From NCBI GenBank assembly GCA_018333865.1, contig JAGXSE010000009.1, positions 75,460-139,459 on the forward strand: 64,000 nucleotides of DNA, given 5' to 3'. This stretch comes from Syntrophomonadaceae bacterium. GTDB taxonomy: Bacteria > Bacillota > PH28-bin88. The notes under the pieces were generated by a model. That model was not told where the DNA came from. It did no database searches and saw nothing but the letters and a program-made list of their open reading frames with translations. Positions 37,880 through 49,128 of the stretch are shown here, in pieces (the first letter of the stretch is position 1; each line of letters opens with the position of its first letter). A program made the translations under genes and the position numbers.

Positions 37880-39075
37880 TGATAATCACCTCGATCAACC
37901 TGCTGGTGATGCCCGCTCCCCTGTCTTTTATCATAGTGGTTCTTCGGTTTGGCAAAAATCATCCGGCCGGCTGCCGTTTGCAAAACACTGGTAACTAACA
38001 CTGCTATGTTTTGCCCGATATAGCGGCGGCCGTTTTCCACCACGATCATGGTACCGTCATCCAGATAAGCTACCCCTTGGCCTGCTTCCTTGCCATCCTT
38101 GATCACCTGCACCTGCATTTCTTCCCCAGGGAGCACTACCGGTTTGACGGCATTGGCCAATTCGTTGATATTGAGCACCCGGATGCCTTGCAGTTCGGCC
38201 ACCTTATTCAGATTATAGTCATTGGTGATCACCTGGGCACCCATCTCTTTAGCTAAACGCACCAGTTTGCTGTCAACTTCCGCCAGGTCCTCATAGTCCT
38301 TTTCATGGATCCTGACCATCACATCAAGCTCTTTCCGGATCCTGTTCAGGATGTCCAATCCCCGCCGCCCCCGGTTACGCTTCAGCAAATCCGAAGAATC
38401 GGCAATATGGCGCAATTCCTCCAGCACAAAGCTGGGAATGATCAGGGTGCCGTCAATAAAACCGCTCTTACAGATGTCAGCGATCCTCCCGTCGATAATA
38501 ACACTGGTGTCGAGGATTTTGTACTGGCTTTTGGACTCAACCTTGCTAGCTTTTTCCTTGCTGCCCGAACGCTGAAAAAATAAAAAAGGCGACAGCAATT
38601 CCTCCCGTTTTTTGACCCCAAAGCTCCATCCCAGGTACCCCAAGATCAAGCTGCCCACAATCGGCAGGTAGTACCCTACATAGGGCAGCCGCTGAAAGGA
38701 TGCCCCAAATAAATTAGCTATTATAAGTCCGAGGATTAAACCAATAACCCCACCGATAATATCCTGGGTAGGCATCTTATGCATACGGGTTTCCAGCCAT
38801 TTGGTTGTCTGGACAACAATAGCAATCACCCTTGGCGCAACAGCATACCCTGCCAGTATCCCAATAACAGCAGCCAGACCTATGATGGCCCATTTTATCT
38901 GTACCGGCAGATCTGGATACCCCACACTTATTAACGCATGTACTACTGTAAAGCTGATGCCTCCCACCGTAAAACCGATAAATATTTTTACAATCTTGTT
39001 AAGCATTACCTCACCTCCTTTCATAGTCTTGCAGATTACTCCTACCATTATACAGTTAGCTGGAAAATACTGCAA
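37867..39075 (-). CDS. yacL: PIN/TRAM domain membrane-associated protein (YacL-like)
   Basis: N-terminal TM segments, a PIN domain (ILDTSVIIDGRI) and a C-terminal TRAM domain. Confidence 0.8.
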   Translation of the reverse strand: MQYFPANCIMVGVICKTMKGGEVMLNKIVKIFIGFTVGGISFTVVHALISVGYPDLPVQIKWAIIGLAAVIGILAGYAVAPRVIAIVVQTTKWLETRMHKMPTQDIIGGVIGLILGLIIANLFGASFQRLPYVGYYLPIVGSLILGYLGWSFGVKKREELLSPFLFFQRSGSKEKASKVESKSQYKILDTSVIIDGRIADICKSGFIDGTLIIPSFVLEELRHIADSSDLLKRNRGRRGLDILNRIRKELDVMVRIHEKDYEDLAEVDSKLVRLAKEMGAQVITNDYNLNKVAELQGIRVLNINELANAVKPVVLPGEEMQVQVIKDGKEAGQGVAYLDDGTMIVVENGRRYIGQNIAVLVTSVLQTAAGRMIFAKPKNHYDKRQGSGHHQQVDRGDYQWIT

Positions 39076-39140
39076 CCGCCATGATTAAAAGAAAAAAGGA
39101 ACCGCAGTTCCTTTTTCAGCGGACTTCTCGAACATCATCT

Positions 39141-39617
39141 TCAAGCTAACGCTCCTTCAAGGAGCAGTTCCACCTGTTCTTCGCCGGCATTTTTGGCCAG
39201 CACCAGCTCGCTGATTAATATCTGGCGGGCATTTTCCAGCATCTTTTTCTCTCCGGTCGAAAGGCCTTTTTCCTTATCCCGCAGGACCAGGTTGCGGACC
39301 ACTTCCGCCACCTCAAAGATGTCGCCGCTTTTGATTTTTTCCATATTAGCCCGGTACCGTCTGTTCCAACTGGCCTGCATGGTGCTTTGCTTTTCCTGCA
39401 AGATATTTATCACCTGCTGGATGCCTTCTTCATCAACTACTTCTCTCAAGCCAACCTCGTTTACATTATCCAGCGGGATCATCACCTTCATATCCCCAAT
39501 GGGTAGCCGCATAATATAATATTGCCGCAGTTGCCCCAGCACCTCTTTTTCTTCGATTGCCTCGATCACACCGGCACCATGCATCGGGTATACAACCTTG
39601 TCGCCGATTTTGAACAT
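39141..39617 (-). CDS. carD: CarD-family transcriptional regulator
   Basis: MFKIGDKVVYPMHGAGVI, an RNAP-interacting domain. Confidence 0.8.
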   Translation of the reverse strand: MFKIGDKVVYPMHGAGVIEAIEEKEVLGQLRQYYIMRLPIGDMKVMIPLDNVNEVGLREVVDEEGIQQVINILQEKQSTMQASWNRRYRANMEKIKSGDIFEVAEVVRNLVLRDKEKGLSTGEKKMLENARQILISELVLAKNAGEEQVELLLEGALA

Positions 39618-39765
39618 GGGCGTACCCCCTTAGCTCTAACTATGGAATTAGTATACCAAAGCTGAGGCCTCCTGTCAAATAAATGAGTATTATATCACAG
39701 GGTATTTTTGTATGTCAACATACTTTTTGTGCTTTTTTATGTCGCGCTTGCGGAGGGCCCTTACC

Positions 39766-41796
39766 CTATATGTCAGGCTGTTTTGGCAGCACTCTGGCAA
39801 TCTCTCCGGCATCCATTGGTTTAAAGCAGTAGTAGCCCTGGACTTCATCACAGGAGTTTTCCCTTAGAAATGAAAATTGTTTCTCTTCCTCCACCCCTTC
39901 GGCTAAGACCCTGATCCCAAAAGTTTTTCCCAACTGTAAAATAATCTTGATGATTTCCTCATCCTTGTTGCTGGTCCCGATGCCATGCACAAACCGCATG
40001 TCTATTTTAATCTTATCGACAGGCATAACTTTAAATCTATCGAGGGAGGAATAGCCGGAGCCGAAATCATCGATTGCCAGCTTTACACCCAATGCCTTCA
40101 GCCTGCCTATCATATCGCTGATGTTTTGGATCTCATTTGTGGTAATACCCTCGGTAATTTCCAATTCCAGAAATTCTGGTCTTAAGCCTGCATTCTCCAG
40201 GGCATTTTGGACAACTTCAACCAGGTCCGCATCCAGGAATTGGCCGAGGGACAGGTTAATTGCCATTGTTACCGGTTGCAGCCCGGCTTCCTGCCAGGCC
40301 TTATTCTGGAGGCAGGCCTGATTGATGGTCCAGGCCCCGATATTGCCGATTTGGCCGCTTTTTTCTGCCAGCGGGACAAAGATCCCCGGCGAAATCATCC
40401 CCAGGCGCGGGTGCCGCCACCTGAGCAAAGCTTCCACCCCCATGATCTCTTTGGATGCCGTTTTCAGCTGGGGCTGGTAGTGCAAGTAAAGCTCCTTTCG
40501 CTCCAAGGCCCAGTGCAGGTCATTGATGAGGACTATATTTAAGTAAGCGTCGTTTTTTATCTTGGCAGAGCAAAAAGCGTATCTGTTTTTGCCAATTTCT
40601 TTGGATACATACATGGCCATATCGGCATTTTTGATCAGAGCCTCGGGCTCCTCCCCATCCATCGGGAAGACGGCAATACCCATGCTTACAGAAATCAAGC
40701 ATCTTTGTCCTTCCACCGCCATGGGCTCCTTCATGTTCTCCAATACTTTGGCGGCAACCCTTTCTATGTCTGGGATATCGTCGGCCTGGGGCACCATGAT
40801 GAGAAACTCATCTCCGCCGAAACGGCTCACCACATCATACTCGCGCACGCTTTCTTTCATTCTTTGGCCCATTTGCTTTAATAACATGTCGCCGGCGGCA
40901 TGACCCATGGAATCGTTGATATGTTTGAAAGAATCAATGTCGATATACAACACTCCGACCAGCTTATCTGTCCGCATAGCCATATTGATAGCCTGTTTGA
41001 GCCGGTCTGTAAAGTGCTGCCGGTTGGGCAGGCCTGTTAAGCCGTCATGATAGGCCTTGTGCTGGACTTTTCTTTCAGCTTCTACCTTTAGCCATACATC
41101 TGCAATCATACGCGCCACAACCTGGCATGTTTCCTGCTGTTCTTCCTTCCACTCCGAACTTTTTACCTGTTTTTCCATTACAACGAGTCCCAACATCTGA
41201 TCTGCGTTTTTTAACGGGATGAATGTCAAGGCACCGGCCTTTATTTTCTCTGTCCATTGATCTTGCGTTTCATTGTGGGTTACAGGATTAACCTCTGCGG
41301 TGGCAAGGTGCTCTTTCTCCCAGAAAGGGCTCAAGCCGGTTAAAAAGGCAAAAACCTCTGCCTTTTTCGCGGTAGAAGTGAACAGAGCAGAATTGTTTCC
41401 GGGGCTGCACCACTGGTATGAGCGTGTCATTTGTTCCTCGTCCAGGAAAAATGCATTCACCCACTCCACCCGGAGGTGTTTTCCCCACCGGGCCAGCACT
41501 TCCCTGATTTTTTCATCGATGTCGCTATCACTGACCGTCATCAGCCCAGATGCCACATCTGACAAGAATTTTTCCCTGGTTGCCCTTTCCTTGTTTTCGG
41601 CAATTGCCTTCCTGAAAATATGATTAATGTAGTACACAAAGCCGATCATTGCTACCAGGATAACCATTCTTACCAGGTGGTCCGCTCCCGTGAATGTTAC
41701 CTGCAAAACAGGAATTCTAATCCAAGACCAGATCAATGAAAACATAACAGATATCCCCATCAGGGCAACTATTTTTTTATTGCTGAAAATAATCAT
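39766..41796 (-). CDS. GGDEF-EAL domain signalling protein with an N-terminal membrane/sensor region
   Basis: GGDEF motif region (RFGGDEFLI) and an EAL domain (…EITEG… …DDFGSGYSSL…). Confidence 0.85.
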   Translation of the reverse strand: MIIFSNKKIVALMGISVMFSLIWSWIRIPVLQVTFTGADHLVRMVILVAMIGFVYYINHIFRKAIAENKERATREKFLSDVASGLMTVSDSDIDEKIREVLARWGKHLRVEWVNAFFLDEEQMTRSYQWCSPGNNSALFTSTAKKAEVFAFLTGLSPFWEKEHLATAEVNPVTHNETQDQWTEKIKAGALTFIPLKNADQMLGLVVMEKQVKSSEWKEEQQETCQVVARMIADVWLKVEAERKVQHKAYHDGLTGLPNRQHFTDRLKQAINMAMRTDKLVGVLYIDIDSFKHINDSMGHAAGDMLLKQMGQRMKESVREYDVVSRFGGDEFLIMVPQADDIPDIERVAAKVLENMKEPMAVEGQRCLISVSMGIAVFPMDGEEPEALIKNADMAMYVSKEIGKNRYAFCSAKIKNDAYLNIVLINDLHWALERKELYLHYQPQLKTASKEIMGVEALLRWRHPRLGMISPGIFVPLAEKSGQIGNIGAWTINQACLQNKAWQEAGLQPVTMAINLSLGQFLDADLVEVVQNALENAGLRPEFLELEITEGITTNEIQNISDMIGRLKALGVKLAIDDFGSGYSSLDRFKVMPVDKIKIDMRFVHGIGTSNKDEEIIKIILQLGKTFGIRVLAEGVEEEKQFSFLRENSCDEVQGYYCFKPMDAGEIARVLPKQPDI

Positions 41797-42874
41797 AATT
41801 TAATACAAATACGACCGGCAAAGTCCAGGAGTGCGTTGCTGTGAATTCATAGATCAGCACCGTCAAAACCGGCAGCGCTGCTGCCAAGAGGATGCCGATG
41901 ATTGTGTCTTTTAAATCTGGTTTAAGGCCAAGGCTTCTGATAATATAGATGATTATTCCCGCCACCGTAAACACAGAGCTAAAAACTATCGCAAACGCCA
42001 AAGAAGCGCGATTGGTCAAAAACAGTGCCGCAAAGCTGACAAAACCGCCGAAAAAAAGTCCCATGGCCAGATAAAAGTGCAATTTTGCCTGGGCATATTC
42101 GTTTAACATCTGATTTTCCCAGGATACCATGTCCTTTGGCATTTGCCGCATCATCCCGTAGCGCCTGATGCAATAAAACATGGCAAACGCGATGATCAGG
42201 ATTGCGATTGGGCCTAACTGGGGGAAGCTGACTTGAAAAATCTCACTTATGGCATGTTCTGTTAAGGTCCCGATGATCAGGGCTGCTACGACAGCGTAGC
42301 CGATGATTCGCGCTATTTTTCTTTTTGTTCTTTCCCTGGCGGTCATGCCCCAAGTTAAAAGGAGAACGAGGCCTGTCAAAGCAAAGCCGATGTAGTGTGC
42401 CAGATGGGCCAAATCTAACGCTAAAATCCCAGCCATATTAACCCATCCGGCCGGGGTCTGGACCAGGTGATAAGCCTGCAAAGCCGTCTGGTCACAGATC
42501 CCATAGAGGAAAACATTCAGCAGGGCCGGCAAGTAAAGAAAGAGATACAGCCAGTATTTTTGCAAGAGGGCATTCCTTTCGGTTAAGAGCAGAACATAAT
42601 GCAAAAACAGGCTGTAATAAATGCCCCACCCGGCTGCGGCGAGGCGGCGCCAGAAAAGGGCCGTCTCGTAATCCGGGGCAGCGTTAGCGACAGCGAAGGC
42701 AAAGCCCCACCAGGACAGGCAAAGAAAGCTTAAACACAACAGGCGATGCAGGGCGGACCTGCTGTTGTAGGAAAGCACAAACAGCCCGGCGAAAAAATAA
42801 ACCGCGCTTGTAATCAGAAATATCAGGGATATGATACCTGACAAAGCCAAATCAACCACACCTCGCTTTGCCAT
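41777..42874 (-). CDS. Polytopic membrane protein (7TM-sensor-like), translationally coupled to the GGDEF-EAL gene
   Basis: About 10 predicted TM helices. 20-nt overlap with the downstream gene. Confidence 0.55.
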   Translation of the reverse strand: MAKRGVVDLALSGIISLIFLITSAVYFFAGLFVLSYNSRSALHRLLCLSFLCLSWWGFAFAVANAAPDYETALFWRRLAAAGWGIYYSLFLHYVLLLTERNALLQKYWLYLFLYLPALLNVFLYGICDQTALQAYHLVQTPAGWVNMAGILALDLAHLAHYIGFALTGLVLLLTWGMTARERTKRKIARIIGYAVVAALIIGTLTEHAISEIFQVSFPQLGPIAILIIAFAMFYCIRRYGMMRQMPKDMVSWENQMLNEYAQAKLHFYLAMGLFFGGFVSFAALFLTNRASLAFAIVFSSVFTVAGIIIYIIRSLGLKPDLKDTIIGILLAAALPVLTVLIYEFTATHSWTLPVVFVLNYDYFQQ

Positions 42875-42915
42875 TTAAAGCCTTCTAATTGGGGATATTT
42901 CTCGCAGCGTTGTCC

Positions 42916-44289
42916 TTAAGCAGGCAGTGCTGCCTCTACTGCCTCTTCCACCGATTGCACCAGGATGGTTATTTTGGGGTCAATGCCATTAAGCCCGTTA
43001 TTCCTGGGCACAATGCACCGCTTAAAGCCCAGCTTTGCCGCTTCTTTCACCCGCATCTCCAGGCCGCTTACCGAACGCACTTCTCCCGTCAGCCCAACCT
43101 CCCCCATTACTGCAATATCCCCGGGCACAGGCCGGTTTTTCAGGCTGGAGGCCAGAGCCAGACAGATGCCCAGGTCGGCGGCTGGCTCTTCCACCCGCAC
43201 CCCGCCGGCGACATTGACAAAAACATCGAAAGCCCCTAAATTGTATCCTAATTTTTTATCCATGACTGCAACCATCAAAAGGACCCGGTTCCAGTCCAGT
43301 CCGGTGACCAACCGGCGGGGATTGGGATAGCTGTTGCCGGTAACCAAAGCCTGCACTTCCAGCAAAACCGGCCGGGAACCTTCCATGCTGGCTACCACGA
43401 CTGAGCCAGGGGCTGATGCCGGTTTTTGGCTCAAGAATACTTCCGAGGGGTTTTTTACCTCCCGCAATCCAAGGCCGGTCATTTCGAACACCCCGATCTC
43501 ATTTGTCGAGCCAAAACGGTTCTTTACAGCTCTTAAGATGCGAAAAGCGTGATGCCGTTCACCTTCAAAGTAAAGCACCGTATCCACCATATGCTCCAGG
43601 ACCCGGGGACCTGCCAAATTGCCGTCCTTGGTGACGTGACCCACCAGCACCATGGGGATGTGCAAAGATTTGCCAACTGTCATCAAACGGGCGGCGCTTT
43701 CCCGCACCTGGGCCACGCTTCCGGGCGCCGAAGCCAGTTCCCCGGAGAACATGGTCTGAATAGAGTCGATGATTACCAGACCAGGCCGCAGAGTGGAGAT
43801 CACGCGGATAACCTCTTCCAGGCTGCTTTCGGGCAAGACAAACAAGCCAGATACCAAGGCCTGCAGCCTTTCTGCCCGGTACCGGATCTGTTCCCGGGAC
43901 TCCTCCCCGGTGACATACAACACCTGTTTCCCAGCCTCCGCAATCCGGCAAGCTGCCTGTAAAAGTAGGGTGGATTTGCCGATTCCCGGGTCTCCTCCAA
44001 CTAACACCAAAGCCCCGGGAATAACCCCGCCCCCTAAGACCCTGTCCAGCTCGCCGATGCCGGTGGAAAAGCGCTTTACAGCATCGGGGATCACGTCCAG
44101 CAGCAGCACCGGCTGAGCCACTTCTTTGCCCACAGTTTTAAAATCCTTGGCCTGGCACTGCTCTTCTACCAAGGAATTCCATTCTCCGCATCCGGGACAT
44201 TTACCCAGCCACTTGGGGGAGTCGTGGCCACACTGCTGGCAAACAAATCTGGTCTTTGATTTCATCCTCATTCCTCCGGCAATCGCCAC
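42916..44289 (-). CDS. radA: DNA repair protein RadA (Sms)
   Basis: Zn finger CQQCG…CPGC, Walker A GDPGIGKST, and a Lon-like C-domain. Confidence 0.9.
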   Translation of the reverse strand: MAIAGGMRMKSKTRFVCQQCGHDSPKWLGKCPGCGEWNSLVEEQCQAKDFKTVGKEVAQPVLLLDVIPDAVKRFSTGIGELDRVLGGGVIPGALVLVGGDPGIGKSTLLLQAACRIAEAGKQVLYVTGEESREQIRYRAERLQALVSGLFVLPESSLEEVIRVISTLRPGLVIIDSIQTMFSGELASAPGSVAQVRESAARLMTVGKSLHIPMVLVGHVTKDGNLAGPRVLEHMVDTVLYFEGERHHAFRILRAVKNRFGSTNEIGVFEMTGLGLREVKNPSEVFLSQKPASAPGSVVVASMEGSRPVLLEVQALVTGNSYPNPRRLVTGLDWNRVLLMVAVMDKKLGYNLGAFDVFVNVAGGVRVEEPAADLGICLALASSLKNRPVPGDIAVMGEVGLTGEVRSVSGLEMRVKEAAKLGFKRCIVPRNNGLNGIDPKITILVQSVEEAVEAALPA

Positions 44290-44342
44290 TATTTGCCTTT
44301 GTTGTTATAATTCTCGCGTTTTCACCAAATTCCTCTAACTTA

Positions 44343-44379
44343 ATAAAAAGACTAGGCCCAAGATATCTCTCAGGCCTAG
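44343..44379 (-). terminator. Rho-independent terminator after clpC
   Basis: CUAGGCCUGAGAGAUAUCUUGGGCCUAG + UCUUUUUAUU on the minus strand. Confidence 0.5.
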
Positions 44380-44415
44380 AAATCCCCTTATTAAAAAACT
44401 CTAAATCGCTAACTA

Positions 44416-46896
44416 TCAGTTGTTTTCCTTTTTCCGCAGCCTGATCTGATCGTCTGCAGCCTCGGCCACAACAGTATCTCCCGGAGCAAATTCCCCTGCC
44501 AGAAGCCCTTCTGACATCTGGTCTTCAATAATGTTCTGAATAGCTCTTCTTAAGGGGCGGGCGCCGTATACTTCGTCAAACCCTGTTTTTGCCAGGATGT
44601 CCCTGGCAGCATCGGTGACCTCAACCTGCAGGTTGTTATCCTTTAAGCGCTTGTTCAACTGGGCGATCATCAGGTCTACAATCTGGCGGATTTGCTCATG
44701 ATTGAGGGCGTGGAAGACAATCATGTCGTCCACCCGGTTCAAGAATTCGGGACGGAAGGTCCGCTTCAATTCTTCCATCACCCGGTTTTTCATTGCTTCG
44801 TAGGAGTCAGCAGCCTGATCCGCACCGGCTTTAAAGCCCATCCTGGCGTCTTTTCTAATGGTGACTGCTCCAACGTTGGATGTCATGATTAGGACTGCAT
44901 TCCTGAAGTCTACTGTCCTGCCCTTGCCGTCGGTCAGACGGCCGTCCTCCAGCACCTGGAGCAGAATGTTAAACACTTCCGGGTGGGCCTTTTCAATTTC
45001 GTCAAACAAGACTACGGAGTAAGGTTTGCGCCGCACCGCTTCTGTCAGCTGTCCCGCTTCTTCATACCCCACATACCCTGGCGGGGCGCCGATCAGCCTG
45101 GATACAGTATGTTTTTCCATGTACTCGGACATATCTACCCGCACCATGGCCTCCTCATCGCCAAACAGGGCTTCGGCCAGGGCTCTGGCCAGCTCAGTTT
45201 TTCCCACACCCGTTGGCCCCAGGAATATGAAGGACCCTACCGGCCGTTTTGGATCTTTCAAACCTGCCCGCGCTCGCCTGACCGCTTTGGAAACAGCCTT
45301 AACCGCTTCCTCCTGCCCAATTACCCGCTGGTGGAGGATGGATTCGAGCTTCATCAAACGGGCAGTTTCTTCTTCCGCCAGCTTGACTACCGGGACTCCG
45401 GTCCAGCTGGATACAATCTGGGCTATGTCATCCCCGGTGACTACGCTTTTTTCCAGGCCCCGCTCCCGGTGCCATTCGGACTTGCACTCCTCCAGCTCTT
45501 TTTTCAGCTGATGCTCATGGTCTCTTAATTTAGCGGCCTTTTCAAATTCCTGGCCATTGATGGCCGCCTCTTTTTCCCGCTTGGTTTCTTCCAACTTATC
45601 CTCCAGTTCTTTTAAGTCAGGCGGAGCGGTATGGGTACGCAGGCGGACCCGGGAGGCGGCCTCGTCAACCAGGTCGATGGCCTTATCCGGCAGGAACCGG
45701 TCGGTGATATAGCGATCCGACAGTCGGACCGCCGCTTCCAGGGCTTGATCAGCTATTTTCACCCGGTGGTGAGCTTCATAACGGTCCCGCAGGCCTTTCA
45801 GGATTTCCAGAGCTTCTTCCTGGGTAGGCTCTCCCACATTTATGGGTTGGAAACGCCGTTCCAGAGCCGCGTCTTTTTCGATATGCTTGCGGTACTCATC
45901 CAGCGTGGTGGCCCCGATGCACTGGAGTTCACCTCTGGCCAAAGCCGGCTTCAGGATGTTGGCTGCGTCAATAGCCCCTTCTGCCGCTCCGGCACCGATT
46001 AAGGTGTGCAGTTCGTCAATAAACAGGATAATATTGGCAGAGCTGCGAATCTCATTGGTTACCTTCTTTAAGCGCTCCTCAAACTCTCCCCTGTATTTTG
46101 TTCCTGCCACCATTCCGGAAAGGTCCAAGGCCACTACCCGCCTGCCAACCAGGGTTTCCGGCACTTGATTGTGAATAATCCGCTGAGCTAAACCCTCGGC
46201 AATGGCGGTCTTGCCTACCCCCGGTTCACCAATCAACACCGGGTTGTTTTTCGTCCGGCGGCTTAAAACCTGAATTACTCGCTCAATTTCTTTTTCCCGG
46301 CCAACTACGGGATCCAGCTTATCTTCCCGGGCCATTGCTGTAAGGTCCCGGCTGTATTCATCCAGAGTCGGGGTTTTAGACTTGCCGTCGGGGGATGTCC
46401 CGCACTGGCCGCCTGGACATGCCGGCCCGCTATTTGGGGATCCTTGCATTGCTCCGCCCAATAGGCCCGCCACCTGCTGTCTTATTGTATCGGCGCTGAT
46501 GTTAATGGCTGCCAGCAGTTTTGCAGCTACCCCTTCACCTTCCCGAATTAACCCCAGCAAGATGTGTTCCGTGCCAATATAGCCCACACCCTGCCGCCGG
46601 GCCTCATCATTGGCCAGCTCAAGTACGGTCTTGGCTCTGGGTGTAAAGCCAATCTGGGTTTTTTGCACCGGCTCTCCCTTGCCAATCATCTTTATTATTT
46701 CCTGCCTGACTTTTTCCAGGTCAATCCCCAGATTGATCAGAGCCTTGGCTGCCACTCCTTCACCTTCCCGGATCAGCCCGAGCAGCAGGTGTTCGGTACC
46801 GACAGCCTGGTGCCCAAGATTTATTGCCTCTTCCGCCGAAAGATTTAAAACTTTTTGTGCCCGCTCAGTAAAACGTGCCACTATATTCACCCCCAA
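44416..46896 (-). CDS. clpC: ATP-dependent Clp protease ATP-binding subunit ClpC
   Basis: Two Clp_N repeats, a UVR motif, and two AAA+ modules ([16 protein letters not shown]). Confidence 0.9.
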   Translation of the reverse strand: MGVNIVARFTERAQKVLNLSAEEAINLGHQAVGTEHLLLGLIREGEGVAAKALINLGIDLEKVRQEIIKMIGKGEPVQKTQIGFTPRAKTVLELANDEARRQGVGYIGTEHILLGLIREGEGVAAKLLAAINISADTIRQQVAGLLGGAMQGSPNSGPACPGGQCGTSPDGKSKTPTLDEYSRDLTAMAREDKLDPVVGREKEIERVIQVLSRRTKNNPVLIGEPGVGKTAIAEGLAQRIIHNQVPETLVGRRVVALDLSGMVAGTKYRGEFEERLKKVTNEIRSSANIILFIDELHTLIGAGAAEGAIDAANILKPALARGELQCIGATTLDEYRKHIEKDAALERRFQPINVGEPTQEEALEILKGLRDRYEAHHRVKIADQALEAAVRLSDRYITDRFLPDKAIDLVDEAASRVRLRTHTAPPDLKELEDKLEETKREKEAAINGQEFEKAAKLRDHEHQLKKELEECKSEWHRERGLEKSVVTGDDIAQIVSSWTGVPVVKLAEEETARLMKLESILHQRVIGQEEAVKAVSKAVRRARAGLKDPKRPVGSFIFLGPTGVGKTELARALAEALFGDEEAMVRVDMSEYMEKHTVSRLIGAPPGYVGYEEAGQLTEAVRRKPYSVVLFDEIEKAHPEVFNILLQVLEDGRLTDGKGRTVDFRNAVLIMTSNVGAVTIRKDARMGFKAGADQAADSYEAMKNRVMEELKRTFRPEFLNRVDDMIVFHALNHEQIRQIVDLMIAQLNKRLKDNNLQVEVTDAARDILAKTGFDEVYGARPLRRAIQNIIEDQMSEGLLAGEFAPGDTVVAEAADDQIRLRKKENN

Positions 46897-46960
46897 AGAT
46901 TAATCTTTTTTCATTGATGGTGAAGCTTTGCCTCACCATCATCCGCTGCTTTAAAGGAAA

Positions 46961-48034
46961 TTATTCCTTATTTTTTTGCCCGCTTAAGCTATGCCGGATC
47001 AGTGCCGCTCGCTTAATATCCCGATCTCCGGCATCCAACTGGGCTCCGGCAGATTTTTGCAAATAGGCCGGCTGAATAGTTAAGAGCAGTTCGTTAAATA
47101 TCCTGGCATCCACCCCCTTGATCAGCTTCAGGTCAATTCCCAGCCGGGCTTCTGACATCAGGGCCAGGGCCTCCTGGGAACTGATGATGCGGGCGCTGGA
47201 CAGGATGCCGTAAGCCCGGCAAACCCTGTCTTCCAGCTGCAGTTTGCTTTCCCGCAGCAAAATCTCCCTTGCTCCCCGCTCCTGGTCAATTATTTGTTTG
47301 GCGACTGCAGACAGGTTATGAATTATCTCTTCTTCGGTCTGGCCCAAGGTGATCTGGTTAGATATCTGAAAGATGTTCCCAATGGCTTCGGTGCCTTCAC
47401 CATATAAGCCCCGCACGGCCAGACCCACCTGAGATAAAGCGGTCAAAACCCTGCCAGCCTGCTTAGTCATTACCATGGCCGGCAGGTGAACCATAACTGA
47501 AGCACGCATACCGGTGCCAACATTGGTTGGGCAGGCTGTCAGATATCCCACGGCTTCATTAAAGGCATAGGAAAGGTGTTGTTCCAGGGCATTATCCAGC
47601 TCATCGGTCAGCCGCCATGCCTCATACAGCTGCAGGGCCGGCAATAAGCACTGGATGCGCAGGTGATCCTCCTCGTTAATCATAATACTTAAGGTTTCGT
47701 CCTGGTTCAAAAGCACCGCCTTATACCCGCCCGGTTGAGCATGCTGCGGGCTGATCATGTGTTTTTCTACTAGTATCTGCCGATCCATGGTGCCCAATTC
47801 TCCCAGCCTAATCAGTCGCAATTGGCTGAGAACCGATTCCTTTTGGCTCTCCAGCATGGCCTTATTAACAGCTTCTACAGCTTGCTGCTGGGCTTCCTCG
47901 CTCATATGGGGAAAAGGAAGTTCCGCCAGGTTGCGGGCTAGCCTGATTCTGCTGGAGATTACAATATCCGCATGGGGACCCGATCCTTCCATCCATTTGC
48001 TAAAGCCTTTTCCTTCTAGATCCCGTCTTAGCAT
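46961..48034 (-). CDS. mcsB: Protein-arginine kinase McsB
   Basis: Phosphagen-kinase-like fold. Position in the ctsR operon is conserved. Confidence 0.85.
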   Translation of the reverse strand: MLRRDLEGKGFSKWMEGSGPHADIVISSRIRLARNLAELPFPHMSEEAQQQAVEAVNKAMLESQKESVLSQLRLIRLGELGTMDRQILVEKHMISPQHAQPGGYKAVLLNQDETLSIMINEEDHLRIQCLLPALQLYEAWRLTDELDNALEQHLSYAFNEAVGYLTACPTNVGTGMRASVMVHLPAMVMTKQAGRVLTALSQVGLAVRGLYGEGTEAIGNIFQISNQITLGQTEEEIIHNLSAVAKQIIDQERGAREILLRESKLQLEDRVCRAYGILSSARIISSQEALALMSEARLGIDLKLIKGVDARIFNELLLTIQPAYLQKSAGAQLDAGDRDIKRAALIRHSLSGQKNKE

Positions 48035-48048
48035 CCCGGTTCACCCCC

Positions 48049-48573
48049 TTAATCTTCATTAAGCTCTCGTTCCAGTTCGCGAATGCGATCCCGGACTTTG
48101 GCAGCCACTTCGTATTCTTCCCGGCTGATGTGCTGCTGCAGTTCCAGCCTCAGCCTGGTCAGCTCCTGCCGCTGGCGGATTTTCCCGCCGGTCCGCCGGG
48201 GGACCTTGCCTAAATGATCAACCCCGCCGTGAACCTTTCTTAACAATGGCTGCAGCATCGGGGCAAAAAAGCCATAACAAGCATCACAACCCATTTTCCC
48301 AACCTGCTGAAACTGATGATAGGTCATGCCACAGGCCTCACACCGGCCTGGTCGCTTTGTCCCTGCCTCTTTCCGGTCTTCCACCCCGGATTCATAATCC
48401 AGCAGGCCCGCCAAGAACTTATGCACGGAAAAGGGTTCGAACCCCAGCGCCCATTGGGGCTGGTGTTTCACAGCACATTCCTCGCAAAGGTGCAAGTGCT
48501 CTTTCTTGTTGCCCATCACCTTGGTGATATGCACTGATGCAGCCCGCTCTTTGCATTCTTGACACATCATCAT
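48049..48573 (-). CDS. mcsA: McsA (UVR-motif zinc-finger activator of McsB)
   Basis: CxxC zinc fingers and a UvrB/C motif. Confidence 0.8.
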   Translation of the reverse strand: MMMCQECKERAASVHITKVMGNKKEHLHLCEECAVKHQPQWALGFEPFSVHKFLAGLLDYESGVEDRKEAGTKRPGRCEACGMTYHQFQQVGKMGCDACYGFFAPMLQPLLRKVHGGVDHLGKVPRRTGGKIRQRQELTRLRLELQQHISREEYEVAAKVRDRIRELERELNED

Positions 48574-48624
48574 TGATCACCCTTTCTTGCATGTTCAATC
48601 TCCCCCAAAGAAGATTTCAAAATA

Positions 48625-49101
48625 CTAACTCTCCGTCCCCTGCCATAAAGCAAGGACCATTGCTCGCAGCAGGTTGGCCCTGATCACATCCCTGTGGGGC
48701 AGATCAAGGACCAGGGTTTCCCGCCTGATCGCAGCCCGCATGATCTGGCTCTCCCGGCCGCTAAGATAACCTTCCGCAAATAATCGCTGAATAATTCTCT
48801 CCCCAGCCTCTTGCGAAAGTTTTTCCCCCAGGGAGATTTCCAACAGCTGCCGAAGTTGTTCTTCATTGTTGACGTTAATAGGCAGGCGCACAATCCGGAC
48901 ATACCCACCCCCGCCCCTGCGGGTCTCCACCAGGTATCCCTGCTCAATGGAGAACCTGGTAGTAAGAACATAATTGATCTGGGAAGGGGCACAGCTAAAC
49001 GTCTGAGCCAGCCAGCTGCGCTGTGTTTCGATTAAGCCCTCTCCGCTGCCGTCGAGCAGCTCTTTTAAATAGTTTCCAATTTGATCAGCCAGCGTTCCCA
49101 T
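48625..49101 (-). CDS. ctsR: Class III stress gene repressor CtsR
   Basis: I set the start at MGTLADQIGNYL, with RBS AGAGGGGTG. Confidence 0.85.
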   Translation of the reverse strand: MGTLADQIGNYLKELLDGSGEGLIETQRSWLAQTFSCAPSQINYVLTTRFSIEQGYLVETRRGGGGYVRIVRLPINVNNEEQLRQLLEISLGEKLSQEAGERIIQRLFAEGYLSGRESQIMRAAIRRETLVLDLPHRDVIRANLLRAMVLALWQGTES

Positions 49102-49128
49102 TGTTTTCACCCCTCTCTTTAATCGACA

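Noticed and set aside
43035-44116. Plus-strand ORFs within radA
   Set aside because: They are antisense to conserved radA.
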